The position numbers were made by a program, and so were the translations under genes. From IMG/VR virus record IMGVR_UViG_3300022542_000148: DNA of 38,938 nucleotides, one strand, 5' to 3'. The notes under the pieces were generated by a model. The model was not told where the DNA came from. It saw only the letters and a list, made by a program, of their open reading frames with translations, and did no database searches. Below are positions 16,723-22,935 of the stretch, in pieces. The DNA is from a virus. Numbering within the stretch: position 1 is the stretch's first letter; every line of letters begins with the position of its first letter.

Positions 16723-16977
16723 ATGTTAGAATTAACCAGTGAACATGTCTTAGCCCTACTGACGCCAATATTAAGCGCATTGCTGGGATTAGGATTATTT
16801 ATGATTAAGAGACTCGTGGAAAGAATAACGAAGTTAGAAGACAAACAACATAGTAATGCAACAAGACATGAAACTAGAACTATGATTGACGACAAAGTAG
16901 AACCAGTGAATAAGCGTATTGATAACATAGATGCTAAGCTAGACAAGATTATAGATATACTGATACAAGATAAATAA
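16723..16977 (+). CDS. Single-pass membrane protein with a coiled-coil tail (holin or spanin-like candidate)
   Basis: 84 aa; TM segment ~residues 9-27, then a charged heptad-like region; upstream of the endolysin. Confidence 0.45.
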   Translation: MLELTSEHVLALLTPILSALLGLGLFMIKRLVERITKLEDKQHSNATRHETRTMIDDKVEPVNKRIDNIDAKLDKIIDILIQDK

Positions 16978-16978
16978 C

Positions 16979-17052
16979 GGGGCTGAGAAGGGTTCGACAG
17001 GTGTTAAAGTTAAGTCTGCATCTGGACTACGGTTCGATTCCGTACAGCTCCA
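16979..17052 (+). ncRNA. tmRNA tRNA-like-domain-only RNA (mini-tmRNA without an mRNA-like domain)
   Basis: GGGGCUG/CAGCUCC acceptor stem with a G3:U70 wobble and an A discriminator. D-loop analogue GGUUCGAC. GGAC followed by T arm UACGG-UUCGAUU-CCGUA. Only a 6-bp helix and a 15-nt loop sit where the tag ORF and pseudoknots would be. Confidence 0.65.
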
Positions 17053-17080
17053 ATCAAAACCCAGCCAAGAAATAATATGT

Positions 17081-17145
17081 TTAAGGGGTATCTGTGACAC
17101 AACTTTAGGTCACACAGGCTGCGAGTCCTGTCAGATACCTCTTAA
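17081..17145 (+). ncRNA. Y-shaped structured RNA/DNA element (14-bp closing stem plus two 5-bp hairpins)
   Basis: 17081-17094 pairs with 17132-17145 (one G:U). Internal hairpins GUGAC/GUCAC and ACAGG/CCUGU. Confidence 0.4.
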
Positions 17146-17168
17146 GCGTATTAACAGATAGGTAACAC

Positions 17169-17642
17169 ATGAAATTTATAGAGATGAACGCAACAAGTTT
17201 TAAGAGACCCGACCGATGGGTTAACAAGTTCTATATACATTGTAGTGCAGCAGATAATACTACTGTTGGCTTCAAAGGTACTAAGCTGGCTGCCACAATA
17301 GACAGATGGCACAAAGAGAACGGTTGGTCAGGCATAGGTTACCACTTCGTAATAGACAAGAAAGGTAAGCTTGTAACAGGGCGCAACATGGAACGTGTAC
17401 CAGCAGCACAAGGTGGACATAACAAAGGCACATTAGCAGTATGCTTACACGGCCTTAAAGAAGAGAAGTTTACAGAGGCACAATTCGATACATTGAGAGA
17501 GTTATGCAAGACTGCATACAAGGCTTACGGGGGCAATATTACATTCCATGGTCATACAGAGGTATCAGCTAAGACATGTCCTGTATTCGACTATAAAGAT
17601 GTACTTAAGCTAGATAAGCATGGTAGATTGGGATTACTATAG
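17169..17642 (+). CDS. N-acetylmuramoyl-L-alanine amidase endolysin (T7 lysozyme / Amidase_2 type)
   Basis: IHCSAAD, GWSGIGYHFVI, GHNKGTLAVCLHG, HGHTEVSAKTCPVFDY. Confidence 0.9.
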   Translation: MKFIEMNATSFKRPDRWVNKFYIHCSAADNTTVGFKGTKLAATIDRWHKENGWSGIGYHFVIDKKGKLVTGRNMERVPAAQGGHNKGTLAVCLHGLKEEKFTEAQFDTLRELCKTAYKAYGGNITFHGHTEVSAKTCPVFDYKDVLKLDKHGRLGLL

Positions 17643-17651
17643 GAGATTGTT

Positions 17652-17810
17652 ATGTGGAATGATTTACAAGATTTGATAAGACAGGCTAAGAATAAGATGC
17701 CTGTACCGCAACTCAATAGAGAGGACGAAGACACAAAGCCTACTATACGACCTATTCATTTTATTGTATTTATCATAATAACTTGGCTCGGTCTATGGAT
17801 GTTATTATGA
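17652..17810 (+). CDS. Small tail-anchored membrane protein (52 aa), lysis-associated candidate
   Basis: Not in the track; AGGAG 6 nt upstream; C-terminal helix IHFIVFIIITWLGLWMLL; TGA overlaps the next ATG. Confidence 0.6.
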   Translation: MWNDLQDLIRQAKNKMPVPQLNREDEDTKPTIRPIHFIVFIIITWLGLWMLL

Positions 17811-17977
17811 GCAGAAGTGAGAAATACGAGAGCATACTATACCTAAGAGGTAGAATAGCCAAGGCTCAAGCTAAACAAGTCGAGGCATCTGATGTTCAGG
17901 AGATTATACACTGGAACTACATCAGGGAAGTATATTGCAGAAGGCTTCGGGAGCAATTAGATGAGCAGAAGCTATAG
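17807..17977 (+). CDS. Hypothetical protein (56 aa)
   Basis: Start set at ATG 17807 (ATGA overlap). Confidence 0.6.
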   Translation: MSRSEKYESILYLRGRIAKAQAKQVEASDVQEIIHWNYIREVYCRRLREQLDEQKL

Positions 17978-17986
17978 GAGATTGTT

Positions 17987-18148
17987 ATGGATATTGTATA
18001 CGACAATTTTAAGACTTTAGAAATGAAAATCGCCCATTATCAAGATATGCAGGCACAAGCAGAAGACTCTTGGGAGCGGCATACCTGGTACTCATTAGAA
18101 CAAGAGGCACGGACGGAATTAGACCGTAGTAGGTATGAGTTATTATGA
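17987..18148 (+). CDS. Hypothetical protein (53 aa)
   Basis: Not in the track; same AGGAGATTGTTATG initiation region as 17652; ATGA overlap with 18145. Confidence 0.6.
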   Translation: MDIVYDNFKTLEMKIAHYQDMQAQAEDSWERHTWYSLEQEARTELDRSRYELL

Positions 18149-18453
18149 GCAGAAGCCGTAAGAAGACACCTATATCAGGTTGGGGATGCTCTCGTTCCAA
18201 TAAGAAGTTCAAGCAACAGGAACACAGACGCGAGCGTCGAGCTGTCGAGGTTTCCTTGTTAGTTGGTGAAGAGGAAATGCCTCACCCTAAGAGGTACGGC
18301 AACGAGTGGGCATCACCTAGAGACGGTAAGATGTGGTTCGGTGACTATAAGCATGGAAGACCTATATACTGGTCCTTCTGGTCTAACCAGGAGGCTATTG
18401 ATGCATTAAGACAGACGTACATAGACGATTTTAAACGTTGGATGAGGAAATGA
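18145..18453 (+). CDS. Hypothetical basic protein (102 aa)
   Basis: ATGA overlaps at both ends. Confidence 0.7.
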   Translation: MSRSRKKTPISGWGCSRSNKKFKQQEHRRERRAVEVSLLVGEEEMPHPKRYGNEWASPRDGKMWFGDYKHGRPIYWSFWSNQEAIDALRQTYIDDFKRWMRK

Positions 18454-18656
18454 TCATGACTAGAAAATCAACGGATTCAAAAGTATTACGTCCTTACGCA
18501 GAAGGAACAGTCTCGAGAGAGAGCATAATTAGAGCGATTAAAATCGTTAATTTACAGAAAGAGATAGATAAGCTACGAGTAGAGATTACACCGCCTATTA
18601 GAGTAGACGGCCCAGATGCTGATACCAGTATGCGGATACTAAACAAGGAGAACTGA
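18450..18656 (+). CDS. Hypothetical protein (68 aa)
   Basis: Start set at ATG 18450 (ATGA overlap). Confidence 0.6.
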   Translation: MIMTRKSTDSKVLRPYAEGTVSRESIIRAIKIVNLQKEIDKLRVEITPPIRVDGPDADTSMRILNKEN

Positions 18657-18658
18657 TT

Positions 18659-19009
18659 GTGTCAGTAACCCACAAACCAACAACAGAGAATCGAGCTAAG
18701 GTAGCAGCCTTATCCTCATTCGGTATTACACAGCTTAAGATATGTGCTTATCTAGGCATCAGTGAGCCCACACTACGTAAGTACTACGGCCCTGAGCTAA
18801 TCAATGCACGCATAGATAAGATAGTACAGGTAGCTAACGCATTATACCATAACGCTGTATCTAATAACAATGTAACAGCGCAGATATTCTTCTTGAAGAC
18901 ACAAGGCGAATGGAGAGAGACCAATAGAGATGAGACGGCAGAGAAGCCTGACATAGGTAAGATACAAATCGAGGTACTCAACGGTAAAGCGGAGGTCAAA
19001 GATGGATAA
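18659..19009 (+). CDS. Helix-turn-helix DNA-binding protein (small-terminase-like or regulator)
   Basis: GTG start 8 nt after AAGGAG; HTH ITQLKICAYLGISEPTLRKY; AQIFFLKTQGEWRE motif remembered from HTH-type small terminases. Confidence 0.4.
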   Translation: MSVTHKPTTENRAKVAALSSFGITQLKICAYLGISEPTLRKYYGPELINARIDKIVQVANALYHNAVSNNNVTAQIFFLKTQGEWRETNRDETAEKPDIGKIQIEVLNGKAEVKDG

Positions 19010-19190
19010 TACATTCTCATATAAAGGATATACCAGTACCCTAAACTGTGCCGTAGGTGCATATTATGGACAAATCAGGTCTATTGATGCTCTTGTTAGA
19101 TATTGGGGCGGAACGAAAGAATCAGCGAGACGTGACTTCGAGCGCGCTGTTGATTATCATCTCACAACTCTGGAGGTCAAAGATGGATAA
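19002..19190 (+). CDS. HicB antitoxin N-terminal-domain-like protein, copy 1 (62 aa, no DNA-binding domain)
   Basis: FSYKGY...YYGQIRSIDALVRYWGGTKESARRDFERAVDYHL fits the remembered HicB-like pattern YKGY..S......F.G.V.GI.D...F.G.T..E....F...VD.YL. Confidence 0.55.
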   Translation: MDNTFSYKGYTSTLNCAVGAYYGQIRSIDALVRYWGGTKESARRDFERAVDYHLTTLEVKDG

Positions 19191-19377
19191 TACATTCTCA
19201 TATAAAGGGTATATCGGTTCAACACATTATGCCGCGGAGTCTGGTGTATATTACGGACAAATTAGGTCTATCAGTGCTCTTACTATCTATTACGGCTCGA
19301 CAAGAGAATTTGCGAGGCTTGACTTTGAACGCTATGTTGATTATCATCTTACAACTCTGGAGGTCAAAGATGGATAA
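19183..19377 (+). CDS. HicB antitoxin N-terminal-domain-like protein, copy 2 (64 aa)
   Basis: Tandem paralogue of 19002..19190; same start (MDNTFSYKGY) and end (HLTTLEVKDG). Confidence 0.55.
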   Translation: MDNTFSYKGYIGSTHYAAESGVYYGQIRSISALTIYYGSTREFARLDFERYVDYHLTTLEVKDG

Positions 19378-19741
19378 CCAAACTAGATTCAGTTTCAGCT
19401 TCGTACAAGGTGATATAGACATGCAGATGAGCGTTGCTGGTGACATAGAAGCTAACACCGTAGTACAACAGTTCGCTCAGTTCCTATCAGCTGCAGGATA
19501 CGACCATGAGGTCATCCTAGAGGGTATGGAGACATACCTAGACCCATATACACCAGATGTTGACGGCGATGATACTAAGTATGAGTTGACTGAATTAGGT
19601 AAGATGAATACTGATGGCTGGATTAAGGCCTCAGAAGCTAGTAAGCTTGAAGCAGAGGCCGAGGCAGCACTTACACGTCTAGATGATGATGTACGTCAAC
19701 AATGTATGAACAGTACAGTAGACCAGAATTGGTCGTTATAG
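19370..19741 (+). CDS. Hypothetical acidic protein (123 aa)
   Basis: Starts in the third copy of the GGAGGTCAAAGATGGATAA junction. Confidence 0.65.
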   Translation: MDNQTRFSFSFVQGDIDMQMSVAGDIEANTVVQQFAQFLSAAGYDHEVILEGMETYLDPYTPDVDGDDTKYELTELGKMNTDGWIKASEASKLEAEAEAALTRLDDDVRQQCMNSTVDQNWSL

Positions 19742-20036
19742 ACCAGCAACAGGAGCTTAGGGGGGTAAGTCTGACTTATCCTGGGAACTGTGATCGGGGA
19801 CCTTCGGGCGCGTAGCAGGAGTTGGTAGGGTTAGGCCAACACTAAACTAGTACAATACTCGGCTGTTCGAGATGCGGTAGCCTTCAAGGCTTTACTAGAT
19901 ATGCCTAGACAGCCGACCTATTTATCGGCGTGTGTTTTATTACCATACGGTACTATTACGCACATTTTCACACAAAAGTAATCGTTTTTCACATGTACGG
20001 TACAATTATGAACGTTTTGAAACAGTCTGCTTAAGT

Positions 20037-20108
20037 GTGGTCATAGCTTAACGGTAAAGCACCTGAATGTGACTTAGGTAGATGTGGATTCGAATTCCAC
20101 TGGCCACC
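20037..20108 (+). tRNA. tRNA-His (anticodon GUG)
   Basis: Hand-folded cloverleaf: acceptor GUGGUCA/UGGCCAC, D stem GCUU/AAGC, anticodon stem CCUGA/UUAGG with loop AUGUGAC, T arm GUGGA-UUCGAAU-UCCAC, discriminator C. No encoded G-1 (U at -1). Confidence 0.8.
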
Positions 20109-20270
20109 CCTAAGCGGATTGATAACGTAAGGTGATGCTCGACGAGTTTGGGGGTAAACCAAGGCAGGTGGACGGACGAAGCTATCACTGTCGTATACTG
20201 ATACAATTAAATATTGTAAATGTATACGCCCCCTAATCTATCGATTGGATTGATGACATAAGGTGAGACT

Positions 20271-20453
20271 ATGATGAACATAACAGAGGAACAATATGAC
20301 GTATTAACTGCGCAGTATGTAGATGAGTATGATAAATTATACGAAATGAATAGAGATAGTAGAGGAATACTTTTGACTGCCACTTTAGCGATGGATATAT
20401 TACATCACGTGATCAATGATCGATATCGGGAAAAGAACAAGTATCTAACATAA
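20271..20453 (+). CDS. Hypothetical protein (60 aa)
   Basis: AAGGTGAGACT-ATG initiation region identical to that of the next gene. Confidence 0.6.
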   Translation: MMNITEEQYDVLTAQYVDEYDKLYEMNRDSRGILLTATLAMDILHHVINDRYREKNKYLT

Positions 20454-20462
20454 GGTGAGACT

Positions 20463-20882
20463 ATGGCAATCAAGAACGCTGGCAAATATAGAGCACTATA
20501 CGAGAGGTTAGGAGTACGTTCCAAATTGGAACTAACTATACAAGAAGAACTTAAGGAGAAGGGTATAGACTTCGGCTATGAGACAGAGAAGCTCCAATAC
20601 ACCCCTAACCCTAAGACGAGAACATACACACCTGATATACTGCTAACCAAGCAAGATGGCACTACATTATACGTAGAGATTAAGGGTTACTTCAAGCCTG
20701 CTGATAGAATGAAGCATTTGGATGTACGTAGATGTAATCCAGACTTAGATATACGATTCGTATTCCAGAATCCTAAGACTAAGATAACTAAGACAAGTAA
20801 GACGACGTATGCGATGTGGTCAGAGAAGAATAACTTCAAATGGGCCGCTAAGACTATACCTGATGAATGGTTGAATGAATAG
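20463..20882 (+). CDS. T7 endonuclease I (gp3)-like Holliday junction resolvase
   Basis: Collinear with remembered T7 gp3 motifs: YTPDILL, YVEIKGY, DRMKHL, PDLDIRFVF, TTYAMWSEK, IPDEWL. Confidence 0.8.
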   Translation: MAIKNAGKYRALYERLGVRSKLELTIQEELKEKGIDFGYETEKLQYTPNPKTRTYTPDILLTKQDGTTLYVEIKGYFKPADRMKHLDVRRCNPDLDIRFVFQNPKTKITKTSKTTYAMWSEKNNFKWAAKTIPDEWLNE

Positions 20883-20890
20883 GAGTTGAT

Positions 20891-21037
20891 ATGACTACAA
20901 ACAAAGCTATTATACTAGAACTTCTAGATGAGCATGAGAGATTATACGAGAATGGTAGAGGTTCTGAAGTACCTTATCCTATACCTGGGTTGCTAGAGTT
21001 GCAGAGAGAGATTGTTATGCGGCTTATGAATGAGTAG
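20891..21037 (+). CDS. Hypothetical small protein (48 aa)
   Basis: Not in the track; AGGAG 5 nt upstream. Confidence 0.5.
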   Translation: MTTNKAIILELLDEHERLYENGRGSEVPYPIPGLLELQREIVMRLMNE

Positions 21038-21045
21038 GAGTTGGT

Positions 21046-21168
21046 ATGAGACTAAGACGACGTTTAAAGATTATGAAAGCAGCGATAGGGTTTAGGCTTA
21101 GGTCCATACCAATCCAATTAATCAACATAGTAGGGTTCGCAGCTATCATCGTACTCCTTATGAGGTAA
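21046..21168 (+). CDS. Hypothetical small basic/hydrophobic protein (40 aa)
   Basis: Not in the track; near-identical AGGAGTTGGTATG initiation region. Confidence 0.4.
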   Translation: MRLRRRLKIMKAAIGFRLRSIPIQLINIVGFAAIIVLLMR

Positions 21169-21172
21169 CATT

Positions 21173-22441
21173 ATGAGTCGTACTATAATCATGAAGGCTA
21201 CAGAGCCCCAAGCAGAGTTCTACGCCTTAGTAGCTAAGTATCCCTTATTCGTTGGAGGCTTCGGCTCAGGTAAGACATACGCATTACTACAATCGGCTAT
21301 TATGGACGCCAGCTTATCGTCTAAAGCAGTTATTGCATTATATGCACCAACGTATGACTTAGTAAAGCTTATCTTACTACCTAGACTACAAGAGATGCTC
21401 ACAGAGTACGGTATTGAGTACGAGACACACAAGTCAGACTTGATAATAAGCTGTACATCACCAGGCTTCGGTAAGTTCATACTGAGAACATTGGATAAGC
21501 CTGAACGAATCATCGGTTACGAGTCGCATAGGGCGCATGTGGATGAGTTAGATACTCTACCAGCCATGAAGGCAGCGGAAGCATGGAATAAGATTATAGC
21601 GCGTAACAGACAGACACTAGATAGCAATAAAGACTCACTGAATAGAGTATCAGCTTATACGACTCCTGAAGGATTCGCATTCGTGTATGATAGATGGTCT
21701 AAGAAGGGCGGAAGTGATTATAAGAAGGTGCATGCATCATCACATAGTAATCCCTTCTTGCCAGAGGACTATATTCAATCGCTGATTGATACATATCCAG
21801 CTGAGTTGGTGAAGGCATACATTGATGGGCAGTTTGTTAACCTTGTAGGCGGTAACGTATATAGCTCATATAACAGGCACTCACATAACAGCACAGAGAC
21901 CATCAGACCTAATGAGGCTCTCTATATAGGCTGTGACTTCAACGTCACGCAACAAGCAGCTACTGTATATGTCAGACGGAGTGGTGGAAGTGAGTGGCAC
22001 GCGGTGTATGAACTAGTAGATATGTACGATACACCTGAGATGGTGAAGATTATACAAGAGAAGTGGTCAGGACATAAGATAACTATGTATCCTGATGCAT
22101 CCGGAGGTAGTAGGAAGACTGTTAATGCATCCATAAGCGATATAGCGCTCCTTGAGCAGGCCGGATTCGCTGTTAGGGCTCCTAGGAAGAACCCTATGGT
22201 TAAAGACCGTGTGATGGCTATGAATGGAGCTCTGAGTAAAGGTAAGGTGTATGTCAACCATAATGCTTGTCCTACAGTGGCTAGTTGCTTAGAGCAGCAG
22301 GCGTATGATAAGAATGGAGAGCCTGATAAGAAGTCGGGCAATGATCACCAGAACGACGCGACTACGTATCTAGTAGCATACGAGATGCCTATCAGGAAGC
22401 CTGTAGCGCATATACCGATTAACTTCTACACGCATACTTAA
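21173..22441 (+). CDS. terL: Terminase large subunit
   Basis: Walker A GGFGSGKT; Walker B-like HVDELD; C-terminal nuclease-like region; precedes the portal. Confidence 0.9.
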   Translation: MSRTIIMKATEPQAEFYALVAKYPLFVGGFGSGKTYALLQSAIMDASLSSKAVIALYAPTYDLVKLILLPRLQEMLTEYGIEYETHKSDLIISCTSPGFGKFILRTLDKPERIIGYESHRAHVDELDTLPAMKAAEAWNKIIARNRQTLDSNKDSLNRVSAYTTPEGFAFVYDRWSKKGGSDYKKVHASSHSNPFLPEDYIQSLIDTYPAELVKAYIDGQFVNLVGGNVYSSYNRHSHNSTETIRPNEALYIGCDFNVTQQAATVYVRRSGGSEWHAVYELVDMYDTPEMVKIIQEKWSGHKITMYPDASGGSRKTVNASISDIALLEQAGFAVRAPRKNPMVKDRVMAMNGALSKGKVYVNHNACPTVASCLEQQAYDKNGEPDKKSGNDHQNDATTYLVAYEMPIRKPVAHIPINFYTHT

Positions 22442-22450
22442 GGAGATATC

Positions 22451-22732
22451 ATGGATATAGGACCAAGAGTAGAATGCTTACATTGTGGAGATATATTACA
22501 ATCGATGTCTCAACATGACCTCAAGTTGTGTAGATGTAGTAGCGAGAGTTCGGAGAGAGTCGAACGCTGTGCCGCAATACTGAATGAGAAGTTAGGCTTA
22601 GATGGGAGTCAATATCATTTGGCAAGATGTTACCTCGCTGATGAGTTCGGGACCGGGATATCAGTAGACGGCGGAGCGTATCTAGGTATGTCATTCAGTA
22701 GAAAGACTGGATATAAGGTATTAGACGACTAG
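22451..22732 (+). CDS. Hypothetical Cys-containing protein (93 aa)
   Basis: CLHCG...CRC; SD GGAG upstream. Confidence 0.65.
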   Translation: MDIGPRVECLHCGDILQSMSQHDLKLCRCSSESSERVERCAAILNEKLGLDGSQYHLARCYLADEFGTGISVDGGAYLGMSFSRKTGYKVLDD

Positions 22733-22740
22733 GAGTGTGT

Positions 22741-22935
22741 ATGTGGCCACTAATAGAATACGATGATGGGACTTGTGACCACGTCAAGATATACAACGAA
22801 GAAGCATTGTTCGCAGAGAAGCCTAGGGCTGAATGGCAGTGTCTTAAGTGTGACCTTGTGGGGAGCGGACCGAATGTAAGCGAGATTGCTTATAAGTATG
22901 ACCATATAAAGAGGATAAACCATGAGCGCAGTTAA
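22741..22935 (+). CDS. Hypothetical protein (64 aa)
   Basis: Start set at ATG 22741, 5 nt after AGGAG. Confidence 0.6.
   Translation: MWPLIEYDDGTCDHVKIYNEEALFAEKPRAEWQCLKCDLVGSGPNVSEIAYKYDHIKRINHERS

Noticed and set aside
16979-17052. Canonical tRNA-Ala, or an attP fragment of host ssrA
   Set aside because: No D stem or anticodon stem can be drawn, so it is not a standard tRNA. An attP core would copy only the 3' end of ssrA, whereas here both acceptor strands and the D-loop analogue are present. I also recognised no integrase in the genome.
19756-20115. 9-bp inverted repeat GCTTAGGGG / CCCCTAAGC enclosing the tRNA region
   Set aside because: A single 9-mer match within a ~500-nt window is roughly what chance predicts, and there is no supporting extended pairing.
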